Shown here: one piece after another, positions 11,301-21,602 of the stretch
Layout of the letters: each line of letters begins with the position of its first letter
How positions within the stretch are numbered: the first letter of the stretch is position 1
NCBI GenBank assembly: GCA_964352815.1
Contig: CAYGTO010000005.1
Location: 7,904 to 71,903, forward strand
From: an uncultured Azospirillaceae bacterium
GTDB taxonomy: Bacteria > Pseudomonadota > Alphaproteobacteria > Rickettsiales > UBA3002
Length of the DNA stretch: 64,000 bases
Direction of reading: 5' to 3'
The notes under the pieces: generated by a model
Databases searched by the model: none
Told to the model about the DNA's origin: nothing
The model's input: only the letters and a program-made list of their open reading frames with translations
Position numbers and translations under genes: made by a program

Positions 11301-12079
11301 CGGGTTTCAAGGCGCGCGGCAGGGCGCTCAGCGTCTGGTATCGTGGGTGTCCGCGCTGGGCCTGAGCCGTCATATTCCTGGTCTTCTCCCCCTCTTGCTT
11401 GCGCAATGAGCTGTAAATCAGTCAGGAACTTTTCTTCCATCATATCTGCCACCGATGACCATTCGGTATGAAAAGCAATGCCCAGCGGCTCTCTTGTACG
11501 GACATAATTATGTAAGAAGTCATAATTTCGCGTGTCTTCATCAATTCCGATAGAGTTAACGGTAATGCCTGCTGATTCTGCTCTGCCAATAGCACCTAGT
11601 GGATTTCCTATATTATTTGCTCCATCTGTAGAAACATCTATGACCATTTTTTTAGGGTTTGGACATAGCTGTTGTCTTTCAGCGCTTCCCATAAGATTAA
11701 TGCCATCATCTATGCCTACCGATATATCTGAAGCCCTTGCTGAGTATCTCCTTAATTCTCTCAAAGAAGCAAGCTCCGATGCAAATGACAATGCATCTTC
11801 CTTTGAGTGTATCATCTTCCAGTTCACTAAAGGGTGAGTTCTTGTATCAAAAGAACGAGCAATAAACACCATGGGAAGGTTTTTTTCGATTTCATCAAGT
11901 ACACGCTCACTATTAAGTGCATCAGTGTGTGCATCCACTTGAAGTGTCCACGGTCTAACATCTTTCATTCCCGGAACGCGTGCAGTTGTCATGGAGCCGC
12001 TTTGATCTAGTGTGAAAACCACAGCCATCTTACATCCCGATAATGCCGAAGCGAGCTCTGGTTCGATTGATTCTGACAT
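11297..12079 (-). CDS. vWA-fold protein, DUF1194-like
   Basis: MIDAS-like DQSGSM, plus [13 protein letters not shown] and GITVNSIGI, which resemble DUF1194 signatures. The start was moved to MSESIEPE (ATG 12079) because it is preceded by GGAGGT. The ORF track begins at 12232. Confidence 0.65.
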   Translation of the reverse strand: MSESIEPELASALSGCKMAVVFTLDQSGSMTTARVPGMKDVRPWTLQVDAHTDALNSERVLDEIEKNLPMVFIARSFDTRTHPLVNWKMIHSKEDALSFASELASLRELRRYSARASDISVGIDDGINLMGSAERQQLCPNPKKMVIDVSTDGANNIGNPLGAIGRAESAGITVNSIGIDEDTRNYDFLHNYVRTREPLGIAFHTEWSSVADMMEEKFLTDLQLIAQARGGEDQEYDGSGPARTPTIPDAERPAARLETR

Positions 12080-12268
12080 GGATACCTCCGTAGTTGCTAC
12101 ATGTTGCATAGCACAAAATCGATCCGTATGCGTGACAGTTTTATGACAATCGATAAAACTCCTTAGTCTGAGGTCTTTAGTCGTTAGTAAGGGTAGTTCC
12201 TTGCTTGCGTTGGTGCACGATTTTGCTATCACCCTACTACAGACTAATGACCAACGACTAGAGACTAG

Positions 12269-13543
<1,275 letters not shown>

Positions 13544-13569
13544 CACTGTTTTTCCGCTATAAGTGAAGG

Positions 13570-13890
13570 ATGGAACCTCTGTTAAATCTGCGCGCCTTGT
13601 TGCAACCCAAACGCCTTGGGAAGCCACTGTTAATCGCAGCGGCTATGTTCTATCTCGGGTTTCATTCACTTCATGGTGAGCGCGGCTTATACGCACTTTT
13701 CAAAGAGCAACAAAAGCAAGAAGCATTGAATCATGAGCTCGCGCTTGTGGTAGAAAAGCGTGAAGCCATTGAAAACCGGATCGCACGGTTTCAGTCGGCG
13801 CATATGGATCTAGATCTACTTGATGAACAGCTTCGTCGACGTATGGGGCTCGCGCCCGAAAATGAATATATGATTTTGCTCTCTCAGTGA
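13570..13890 (+). CDS. ftsB: septum formation initiator family protein (FtsB/DivIC-like)
   Basis: 106 aa with one N-terminal TM segment followed by a coiled coil. Conserved position between eno and pdhA in alphaproteobacteria. Confidence 0.7.
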   Translation: MEPLLNLRALLQPKRLGKPLLIAAAMFYLGFHSLHGERGLYALFKEQQKQEALNHELALVVEKREAIENRIARFQSAHMDLDLLDEQLRRRMGLAPENEYMILLSQ

Positions 13891-13905
13891 TGTGTTTGTA
13901 TTGAT

Positions 13906-13963
13906 GTCATTGCCACGCACGGATGGCCAGCGGGTCATATGTCGCAGATTGATCGAGGATGAC
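13906..13963 (+). repeat. short (58 nt) derivative of the nadA-flanking element
   Basis: gtcattgccacg...cgaggatgac has the same two termini as the 155-nt copies at 59563-59716 and 60825-60979, with the internal hairpins missing. Confidence 0.7.
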
Positions 13964-14091
13964 AAGGAAAGGGGTGCTTGCTGCGCCGCAGCAACTTTTT
14001 CTCAAGAAATTCAGGCCTTTCCCCTTGTTTTATAGAATTTTGATCAGTACATTCCTTGCAACGTTGCAATACGGTTCGTTTGGAGGAACAG

Positions 14092-15117
14092 ATGGCGAAA
14101 TCAGCCAGCAAAGCCAAAGATAAAGTGGTCAATATCTCGGCGGATTCGCGCAGCCCCGAGCTCAACAAAGACACTCTCCTGAAAATGTATGAAGAAATGC
14201 TGCTGATCCGGCGCTTCGAAGAGAAGGCGGGCCAGCTTTACGGTATGGGCCTGATTGGCGGGTTTTGTCATCTTTACATTGGCCAGGAGGCGGTGGTGAC
14301 CGGCCTTCAGCACGCGGGCAAGGAAGGCGATACCGTCGTCACGACCTACCGTGATCATGGCCATATGCTAGCCTGTGGGATGGACCCGAAGGGGATTATG
14401 GCCGAGTTGACCGGGCGTATTGATGGCTTTTCCAAAGGGAAGGGCGGCTCGATGCATATGTTTTCCGTCGAGAAGAAATTTTACGGTGGGCATGGAATTG
14501 TCGGCGCGTCGGTGCCGATCGGTGCGGGCCTCGCTTTTGCGCATAAATATCGCAACGAAGATAGTTTGAACTTCTGTTACTACGGTGATGGCGCGGCGAA
14601 CCAAGGTCAGGTGTATGAAACCTATAATATGGCGGCGCTATGGCAGCTGCCGATTATCTTTGTGATTGAGAATAACGAATATGCGATGGGTACGAGCATC
14701 AAGCGTCACCATTCCTCGCCGGCGCTCTATACGCATGGTGAGCCGTTCGGCATTCCGGGTAAGCAGGTGAACGGGATGGATGTGACCGAGGTTTATAAGG
14801 CGGGCGTCGAAGCGGTGGAGCATGTGCGCTCGGGCAAAGGGCCGATGCTGCTCGAGGTAAAAACCTATCGCTATCGTGGTCATTCCATGTCTGACCCGGC
14901 GAAATATCGTACCAAGGAAGAAGTCGACAGCTTCAAGCAAGATAATGACTGCATCAAGAACCTCGCGGCGCTGCTCGAGAAGGAGCATGGCGTGAAGGAA
15001 GAGGCGCTGAAAGAGATTGATAAAAAGATCAAAGACCGCATCGCCGATGCGGCAGAATTTGCAAAAGAATCGCCCGAGCCTGATCCGTCAGAGCTTTGGA
15101 CGGATATTACGCAGTAG
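14092..15117 (+). CDS. pdhA: pyruvate dehydrogenase E1 component, alpha subunit
   Basis: TPP-binding GDGAANQG...ENNEYAMGT. Start MAKSASKAK (ATG 14092) is preceded by GGAGGA. The ORF track begins at 14056. Confidence 0.95.
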   Translation: MAKSASKAKDKVVNISADSRSPELNKDTLLKMYEEMLLIRRFEEKAGQLYGMGLIGGFCHLYIGQEAVVTGLQHAGKEGDTVVTTYRDHGHMLACGMDPKGIMAELTGRIDGFSKGKGGSMHMFSVEKKFYGGHGIVGASVPIGAGLAFAHKYRNEDSLNFCYYGDGAANQGQVYETYNMAALWQLPIIFVIENNEYAMGTSIKRHHSSPALYTHGEPFGIPGKQVNGMDVTEVYKAGVEAVEHVRSGKGPMLLEVKTYRYRGHSMSDPAKYRTKEEVDSFKQDNDCIKNLAALLEKEHGVKEEALKEIDKKIKDRIADAAEFAKESPEPDPSELWTDITQ

Positions 15118-15128
15118 GGGGGTGAGTT

Positions 15129-15515
15129 ATGAAACTATACGATTTACAAGACCCAGAGAAACTCAGACAGATTATGGATAAGGCTGGTCTAAATCCCACA
15201 GACTTTGATGTGACAGATCATGCAGGCGAAAGAGATAGTATTATTAGCAGATTAAAAGGCCTTGGTTACGATAATCCAGAATATGAAATTGGTGCAACCT
15301 ATTATGTGTCTCGTGATAGAAAAAGAAGCCAAGACGAAAGCGGTGAAACCCGAATTGAACCCCGAATTGAACAAGAAGGTGGCATCGTGGCAGCTGTCAA
15401 AGAAGCGTTCCCAGAAATAACAATTTCAACACTTCAAGCAGAGAATATTGCGTATGTGTTAGCGGGCAGAGTGGATCAGCACGCTGAATTACGCGCTGGC
15501 ATGGAAAGAGGATAA
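15129..15515 (+). CDS. hypothetical protein (128 aa) inserted between pdhA and pdhB
   Basis: Strong SD (GGGGGGTGAG) 2 nt upstream. I recognise no family. Its 3' end contains the SD of pdhB. Confidence 0.5.
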   Translation: MKLYDLQDPEKLRQIMDKAGLNPTDFDVTDHAGERDSIISRLKGLGYDNPEYEIGATYYVSRDRKRSQDESGETRIEPRIEQEGGIVAAVKEAFPEITISTLQAENIAYVLAGRVDQHAELRAGMERG

Positions 15516-15516
15516 A

Positions 15517-16515
15517 ATGGCAACACAAACAATACGGGTCGCGCTGAGAGACGCCATGGCGGAGGAGCTTCGCCGCGATGAAGAAGTGTTCGTGATGGGC
15601 GAGGAAGTCGCCGAATATCAGGGCGCGTATAAGGTAACGGAAGGCTTGCTTGAGGAATTTGGCGACAAGCGCATTATTGATACACCGATCACCGAGCATG
15701 GCTTTGCGGGGATTGGTGTCGGCGCAGCGATGGCGGGGCTGAAGCCCGTTGTCGAATTCATGACGTGGAATTTTGCGATGCAAGCGATTGACCAGATCAT
15801 TAACTCTGCCGGCAAGACGCTTTACATGTCCGGCGGGCAGATCAAATGTCCGATCGTGTTTCGTGGGCCGAACGGCGCGGCCGCGCGCGTAGGTGCACAG
15901 CATTCCCAGGAATATTCCAGCTGGTACGCGCATATTCCGGGCCTTACCGTCATCGCGCCTTACAGCGCCGGCGATTGCAAAGGCCTGCTCAAATCCGCGA
16001 TTCGCAGTCCCAATCCGGTGATCTTCCTTGAGAATGAAGTGACCTATGGCTGGGAATTTGACGATGTGATGGAAGGCGAAGATGATCTGATTCCGATCGG
16101 CAAAGCGGCTGTGAAGCGCGAAGGCACGGACGTGACCATCACCGCCTTTTCGATCAATGTGAAATATGCGCTCGATGCGGCAGAGAAACTTGCCAAAGAG
16201 GGCATTAGCGCGGAGGTGATTGACCTGCGCACGATTCGTCCGCTCGATACGCAAACCATCATTGATTCGGTGCGCAAAACCCATCGTTTGATTTCCGTTG
16301 AAGAGGGCTGGCCCTTTGCTGGAATTGGCTCCGAGCTCGCAGCCATTTGTATGGAAGATTTGTTTGACGAGCTGGATGCACCGATGATTCGTGTGACGGG
16401 CAAAGACGTGCCGATGCCGTATGCGGCGAACCTTGAAAAACTCGCACTGCCCGGTGTAGATGACATTGTCAATGCGGCGCAGGAAGTCTGTTTTCCAATG
16501 GGGGCGGTGGCGTGA
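15517..16515 (+). CDS. pdhB: pyruvate dehydrogenase E1 component, beta subunit (no lipoyl domain)
   Basis: 332 aa with [25 protein letters not shown] and a transketolase-like pyrimidine-binding region. Confidence 0.95.
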   Translation: MATQTIRVALRDAMAEELRRDEEVFVMGEEVAEYQGAYKVTEGLLEEFGDKRIIDTPITEHGFAGIGVGAAMAGLKPVVEFMTWNFAMQAIDQIINSAGKTLYMSGGQIKCPIVFRGPNGAAARVGAQHSQEYSSWYAHIPGLTVIAPYSAGDCKGLLKSAIRSPNPVIFLENEVTYGWEFDDVMEGEDDLIPIGKAAVKREGTDVTITAFSINVKYALDAAEKLAKEGISAEVIDLRTIRPLDTQTIIDSVRKTHRLISVEEGWPFAGIGSELAAICMEDLFDELDAPMIRVTGKDVPMPYAANLEKLALPGVDDIVNAAQEVCFPMGAVA

Positions 16516-16530
16516 GAAAAATGAAGCAAC

Positions 16531-16621
16531 GTCATTTCGAGCGAGCGCATCAGCGCGACGAGAAATCTGTCGGCGTCATGTTGAGATTTCTCCGTCTGCT
16601 AAAGCAGCCGTTCGAAATGAC
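16531..16621. repeat. GTCAT...ATGAC nested-hairpin element (91 nt)
   Basis: gtcatttcgag...gagaaatc-tgtcggcgtcatgtt-gatttctc...cgaaatgac has a perfect 8-bp inner stem. It overlaps the 5' end of the following ORF. Confidence 0.8.
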
Positions 16622-17330
16622 GTATATTATTTTCGCGGGAATGACACTTTTAGTGTTCACTTCCATTGCCCATGCCGACGATGATCTCGTACGCAGTGTG
16701 AGCGTGGTGGGCGAAGCAAAAGAATCACTCACCCCAGACCGCGCAACCATTAGCAGCACGGTACAGGCAAAGAACCAAAACTTAGACGCCGCAAAGAAAG
16801 AGCATGATGCGAAGCTTCGCAGCCTTTTGGCTCTGGCGAAGAAATATGATGTTGATGACAAAGACCAGCGCACGGTATCAAGCCGGATTCATCCGGAATG
16901 GCGTTGGGAAAAAAACACGCAAGTCTTTAAGGGATACACCGTGTCGACCACGGTGAGTTTTACGCTGGAAGACATCAAAGATGTGGGCGCGTTTTTAGAA
17001 GATGTGGTCCGCACCAAGCCCCATCAGATGAACGGCCCGAATTATCACATGGATGACACGAAACCGATCCGCGATAAGGTGCGTGTGTCGGCGATGAAAG
17101 ATGCGTATGCGAAAGCGGAAGCGCTTGCGAAGCAGGCTGATTTGAAGGTGGGGAAGGCCATCAGTATTTCAGACCGCTACCAGTCACCGCGGCCAGCTAT
17201 TGTAAACCGCGGTATGATTCGCGCTGATTCGGTTTCGTTTTCGGCGATGGAATCCGCGCCTGTTACTCCCCCTGCCGGAGAGCAAGCGATTCACGCGCAT
17301 GTCTATGTCACTTATGAGTTAGAAGAATAG
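16578..17330 (+). CDS. SIMPL-domain (DUF541) periplasmic protein
   Basis: A signal peptide ending ...LLVFTSIAHA, then a SIMPL-like body (DRATISSTVQAKNQNLDAAKKEH...). The start is ambiguous: 16578 (MLRFLRLLK, inside the repeat), 16617 (the ATGAC terminus of the repeat) or 16641. The ORF track begins at 16512. Confidence 0.7.
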   Translation: MLRFLRLLKQPFEMTYIIFAGMTLLVFTSIAHADDDLVRSVSVVGEAKESLTPDRATISSTVQAKNQNLDAAKKEHDAKLRSLLALAKKYDVDDKDQRTVSSRIHPEWRWEKNTQVFKGYTVSTTVSFTLEDIKDVGAFLEDVVRTKPHQMNGPNYHMDDTKPIRDKVRVSAMKDAYAKAEALAKQADLKVGKAISISDRYQSPRPAIVNRGMIRADSVSFSAMESAPVTPPAGEQAIHAHVYVTYELEE

Positions 17331-17342
17331 TAAGGGAACGCT

Positions 17343-18674
17343 ATGACCACAGAAATTTTAATGCCGGCGCTGTCGCCAACCATGACCGAGGGTACGCTTG
17401 CCAAATGGCTCAAGAAAGAAGGCGATACGGTCGAGTCGGGGGATATTCTCGCAGAGATCGAGACCGATAAGGCGACGATGGAAGTCGAAGCGGTCGATGA
17501 AGGCGTACTTGGCAAAATTTTTGTGGGTGACGGCACGGATAATGTGAAGGTCAATCAAGTGATCGCGGTGCTGCTGGATGAGGGTGAAGATAAGAGTGTA
17601 CTCAAAGATTATACGCCGCCGAAGCTGGAGGAGGAATCAGCAGAGGAAGAGGACGCCTCTGGTGACGATTCGGGCGGTGAGAAAAAAGAAACGAAAAAGC
17701 CGAGCGGTTCAGGCGGCGCGGCGATGATTCAGCAGCAAGCAACGACCGCGCCCGATGGCCCGGTCATGCCGGCAAAAGGGAAAGCTGCACAAACCGGTGA
17801 TCGCGTGAAGGCCTCGCCGCTGGCCAAGCGCATTGCTGAACAGAATATGCTCGATTTGAGTCGTGTGATGGGCAGCGGCCCGAACGGACGTATCATTAAA
17901 TCTGATATTGAAGAGGCGCTGCTGTCGGGCAATGCCGGGGCGAGCAAGGTGACGCGCCACCCGGTTGATTTCTATAAATTGCCGAACAATAATATGCGCA
18001 AAACCATCGCCAAGCGCCTGCTTGAGGCGAAGCAGACCATGCCGCATTTCTATCTGACGGTGGAGTGCGAGCTGGATGCGATGCTCGAAGTGCGTAAGCA
18101 AATTAATGGTCTGGCCGCCTCGCAAGCGGACGCGGATGGTAAGCCGCCTTACAAAATTTCGGTCAATGATATGGTCATCAAAGCCTCAGCTTGCGCGCTG
18201 CGTGACAAGCCAGCGGCGAATGCTAGCTGGTATGATGATGCGGTGGTGCAGTATAATAATGTCGATATTTCGGTGGCGGTGGCGACTGAGGGCGGCCTGA
18301 TCACGCCGATCATTCGCAATGCCGATCAAAAATCACTGCCGCAAATTTCTGCCGAGATGAAAGACCTCGCGGGCCGCGCGCGTAAAAATGCGCTGAAGCC
18401 TGAGGAATATCAGGGTGGCGGTTTCTCGATTTCAAACCTCGGCATGTTCGGCGTGCAAAGTTTCAGCGCCATTGTGAACCCGCCGCAAAGCTGCATCCTT
18501 GCGGTTGGCGCGGGAGAGGAAAAACTCGCGCTGGTCGATGGCCAGGTCACGGCGAAACAGGTGGTGAAAGTTACCCTGTCCGTTGATCACCGCTCCGTCG
18601 ATGGCGCCCTCGGCGCGGAATGGCTGCAAGCCTTTAAGAAATATATCGAACAGCCGGTGCTAATGTTTGTGTGA
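17343..18674 (+). CDS. pdhC: pyruvate dehydrogenase E2 (dihydrolipoamide acetyltransferase)
   Basis: Lipoyl domain with [10 protein letters not shown], an E3-binding domain and the catalytic DHRSVDG. Confidence 0.95.
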   Translation: MTTEILMPALSPTMTEGTLAKWLKKEGDTVESGDILAEIETDKATMEVEAVDEGVLGKIFVGDGTDNVKVNQVIAVLLDEGEDKSVLKDYTPPKLEEESAEEEDASGDDSGGEKKETKKPSGSGGAAMIQQQATTAPDGPVMPAKGKAAQTGDRVKASPLAKRIAEQNMLDLSRVMGSGPNGRIIKSDIEEALLSGNAGASKVTRHPVDFYKLPNNNMRKTIAKRLLEAKQTMPHFYLTVECELDAMLEVRKQINGLAASQADADGKPPYKISVNDMVIKASACALRDKPAANASWYDDAVVQYNNVDISVAVATEGGLITPIIRNADQKSLPQISAEMKDLAGRARKNALKPEEYQGGGFSISNLGMFGVQSFSAIVNPPQSCILAVGAGEEKLALVDGQVTAKQVVKVTLSVDHRSVDGALGAEWLQAFKKYIEQPVLMFV

Positions 18675-19195
18675 TGGAAGAGTGGGAACATACTTACTAT
18701 TATGAAATTTTGTTACTTTTAGTAACGTTAGTAGCTGGAGCTGTTGGTGCTCTTACGAACAAAGTGTTTGAGTGGAAAAACAGAGAAGAACTTAGAAAAA
18801 AGTTACACGAATATATTATCAGAGAAATAAAATTTAATATATCTAGAGTAGAGCACAATATTAATGAGCTTTACCAAATAAGAAACAAGTATGCCTTGTC
18901 AGAACGTATGATTGAAGCAACTACAGCAATAGGTAGAAGTGAAAGTAGCGTTATATTGAATTATTTGATTTCTCAAGGCATGGTCTATGAATTCTTAACA
19001 GACAAACAAATGGTGCTAATGCATAATTTTATCTTAAATTTTGCATCTACTACGGATTTATTTTTTAAAAGATTCACAGAACTGAAAGAAACAAATCCAA
19101 ATAAACAAGATGCTACAGCTTTCTTGGATCACTTTATTGATGAATATAATCATTATAAAAAAGATTTAGAAGATTTATTAAGAGAGCTAGCATGA
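18674..19195 (+). CDS. hypothetical membrane-anchored protein (AT-rich orphan)
   Basis: 173-174 aa with an N-terminal TM segment (YYYEILLLLVTLVAGAVGALT) and a helical remainder. ATG 18674 overlaps the pdhC TGA (TGATG); GTG 18671 is an alternative. Hand counts of two 60-nt lines give 13/60 and 21/60 G+C, against 29/60 in pdhC. Confidence 0.5.
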   Translation: MEEWEHTYYYEILLLLVTLVAGAVGALTNKVFEWKNREELRKKLHEYIIREIKFNISRVEHNINELYQIRNKYALSERMIEATTAIGRSESSVILNYLISQGMVYEFLTDKQMVLMHNFILNFASTTDLFFKRFTELKETNPNKQDATAFLDHFIDEYNHYKKDLEDLLRELA

Positions 19196-19503
19196 CAGAA
19201 AAACCCGTCATCACCTTCGAAGATATCCGCGCTAAACGCGAGGATATTTTGCGTATAGCGGAGGAACGCGGGCTTACGAATATCCGTGTGTTTGGCTCCA
19301 TCGCGCGCGGTGATGCCACCGAAGATAGCGACATTGATTTCTTGGTCAGCTACATGCCAGAAAGCGGTAAGGGCTGGGAAGTGTATGGGTTTCCGATAGA
19401 AATGGAAAAAATGTTTGGTGTGTCCAAAGTCGACATGGTGTTTGATAGTAACCTATATCCCATTTTCAAAGAACGCGTATTAAGCGAGGCGGTCGAGCTA
19501 TGA
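19192..19503 (+). CDS. mntA: nucleotidyltransferase-domain antitoxin (MntA-type, type VII TA)
   Basis: 103 aa. GSIARGDATEDSDIDFLV matches the GSxxRGx(n)SDxDxLV minimal nucleotidyltransferase motif. ATGA overlaps on both sides. Confidence 0.8.
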   Translation: MTEKPVITFEDIRAKREDILRIAEERGLTNIRVFGSIARGDATEDSDIDFLVSYMPESGKGWEVYGFPIEMEKMFGVSKVDMVFDSNLYPIFKERVLSEAVEL

Positions 19504-19868
19504 AGGAGAATGGCGATCAGGCTCACATTCATTATATTCTCTCCACCTCAGAGAAATTGTTGGGACTCGTGAAGGAAGAGAATGCCCGCAAGGCCTATCA
19601 AGACGATTGGATTCGCCAAGGCGCCACATTGCGCGGGCTTCATACCCTGTCTGAATCCGCTAGCAAGCTTTCGGGCGAAGCTAAGACCGCGATGCCAAAT
19701 ATCGAATGGGAAGAAATTCACGCTTTTAGAAATGCGTTGGTGCATGGATATTTGGGAAACATCAATCATGATGCCGTCTGGCTTGTGTTAGAGAACAAAC
19801 TACCAGACTTGAGAAACACATTATTAGCTTACTATGAGGAACATTATGGCGAATACAAACAAACATGA
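19500..19868 (+). CDS. hepT: HEPN/DUF86 toxin (HepT-type)
   Basis: 122 aa with the RNALVHGY (Rx4H) HEPN motif. Paired with the upstream MNT gene. Confidence 0.8.
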   Translation: MKENGDQAHIHYILSTSEKLLGLVKEENARKAYQDDWIRQGATLRGLHTLSESASKLSGEAKTAMPNIEWEEIHAFRNALVHGYLGNINHDAVWLVLENKLPDLRNTLLAYYEEHYGEYKQT

Positions 19869-21273
19869 TATCGTAATTTTAGGCGGTGGCCCGGGCGGGT
19901 ATGTCGCGGCGATTCGCGCGGCGCAGCTGGGCATGAATGCGGCGGTGGTCGAGCGCGAACATATGGGCGGGATTTGCCTGAATTGGGGCTGTATTCCGAC
20001 CAAGGCGCTGCTGCGCTCATCGGAGGTGATGCATCTGATGCAGGAGTCGGAAAGTTTCGGCCTGAGCAATGATAATATTTCGTATGATTTGAAAAAAGTG
20101 GTGAAGCGTTCGCGCGATGTGTCGGGGCAGCTCACCGGCGGAATCAGTGCGCTGATGAAGAAGAACAGAGTGACCGTCTATGAAGGCCATGGCGCGCTCG
20201 CGGGCGCGGGTAAAGTGACCGTGACCGAATTTGACAAAGAAGCGCGCGAAAAGGGCGAGAAGAAAGTCACCGAGATTGAAGCGGAACATATTATTCTCGC
20301 GACCGGTGCACGGGCGCGTCAGCTTCCGGGCCTTGAGTCCGATGGCACGCTGATCTGGACGTACCGCGAGGCGATGGTGCCAACCAAAATGCCGAAGAAA
20401 TTACTCGTCGTTGGTTCGGGCGCGATCGGTTCGGAATTTGCGAGTTTTTACCTGAATATGGGCGTCGATGTGACGCTGGTGGAAGTGCTTGATCGTGTGC
20501 TGCCCGTCGAAGATGAAGACATCTCGAAATTTATGAAGAAGCAGTTCGAGGCGCAGGGCATGAAGGTCAAAACCGCGACGACCGTGACCAAGCTCGAGAA
20601 GGGCAAAAGCAATGTCAAAGCGACGATGAAGGATAAAAAGGATAAGGAAACCACCGAGACGTTCGATAATGTGATTATGGCGGTGGGGATTGTCGGCAAT
20701 ATTGAAGGGATCGGCATTGAGGGTACGCGCGTGAAAACCGAGCGCGGCCATATTGTGGTGGATGAATATTACCGCACCGGTGAGAAGGGCGTCTATGCGA
20801 TCGGTGACATTACCGGCGCGCCGTGGCTCGCGCATAAAGCCTCGCATGAGGGGGTGATTTGTATCGAAGCGATTGCCGGCAAAAAGCCGCACGCGATGGT
20901 GAAGGAAAATATTCCGGGCTGCACCTATTGCCGCCCGCAAGTGGCGAGCGTTGGGCTGACTGAGGCGAAGGCGAAAGAGGCAGGGCATGAGGTCAAAGTC
21001 GGCAATTTCCCATTCATCGGTAATGGCAAAGCGATTGCACTGGGCGAGCCGGAAGGCATCGTGAAAACCGTGTTTGATGCGCAGACGGGTGAGCTACTCG
21101 GCGCGCATATGGCCGGCGCGGAAGTGACCGAAATGATTCAGGGCTACGTCATCGCGAAGCAGCTGGAGGCGACTGAAAAAGACCTGATGCACACCATCTT
21201 CCCGCATCCGACGCTGTCGGAAATGATGCATGAGTCGGTGCTGGATGCGTATGGGCAGGTGATTCATATGTGA
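19846..21273 (+). CDS. lpdA: dihydrolipoyl dehydrogenase (E3)
   Basis: GGGPGGY FAD motif and redox-active CLNWGCIPTK. Start MANTNKHD (ATG 19846, GAGGAA SD) overlaps the hepT 3' end by 23 nt. Confidence 0.95.
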   Translation: MANTNKHDIVILGGGPGGYVAAIRAAQLGMNAAVVEREHMGGICLNWGCIPTKALLRSSEVMHLMQESESFGLSNDNISYDLKKVVKRSRDVSGQLTGGISALMKKNRVTVYEGHGALAGAGKVTVTEFDKEAREKGEKKVTEIEAEHIILATGARARQLPGLESDGTLIWTYREAMVPTKMPKKLLVVGSGAIGSEFASFYLNMGVDVTLVEVLDRVLPVEDEDISKFMKKQFEAQGMKVKTATTVTKLEKGKSNVKATMKDKKDKETTETFDNVIMAVGIVGNIEGIGIEGTRVKTERGHIVVDEYYRTGEKGVYAIGDITGAPWLAHKASHEGVICIEAIAGKKPHAMVKENIPGCTYCRPQVASVGLTEAKAKEAGHEVKVGNFPFIGNGKAIALGEPEGIVKTVFDAQTGELLGAHMAGAEVTEMIQGYVIAKQLEATEKDLMHTIFPHPTLSEMMHESVLDAYGQVIHM

Positions 21274-21384
21274 TTTTTGCGTTTCTTCCCGCTCCGGCCT
21301 CCTGGCCTGCGCGATGAAGCTAACGCCTTCGGCGACTAAAGTATCGGCCTACTGGCCTTACTTTACGATACCAGCTGTGCCGGA

Positions 21385-21520
21385 ATTTATCCCCGTACCC
21401 GCCTACGCGGGCATAAACTCCGGCGGGGATCCAGAGCAGCAGGCTATATGAAGCATAACGCCCCAGACCCCGCAACAAGTGCGGGGTGACATGTGTGGGG
21501 CGAAGCGAGCACGGGATCTC
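21385..21520. repeat. degenerate cluster of hairpin repeats related to the GTCAT family
   Basis: atccccg[..cccgc-ctac-gcggg..]cggggatcc and ccccgca-acaag-tgcgggg hairpins, similar to the 58557-58659 copy. The boundaries are uncertain. Confidence 0.35.
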
Positions 21521-21602
21521 CAGCTCTAAATCTTCACGAAACTGCCACACACCCTTCCTACTTAGTGGCTATATTTCGGCCAATTAAACGCGGAGATACA
21601 CT

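Noticed and set aside
12241-12266. An 11-mer, actagagacta, shared in inverted orientation between the eno upstream region (12255-12265) and the hairpin after thiC (55341-55375, stem agtcgcta/tagcgact).
   Set aside because: It is a single short match with only weakly similar flanks. It could be chance at this window size, and no third copy was seen.
21320-21550. ORFs lying in the repeat clusters: 21320-21550, 55467-55664, 55586-55804, 57001-57339 and 57174-57410.
   Set aside because: They are translations of the palindromic repeats (typical ...SLRG.., WIALARYSLGKGWS-type strings) and have no SD or independent support.
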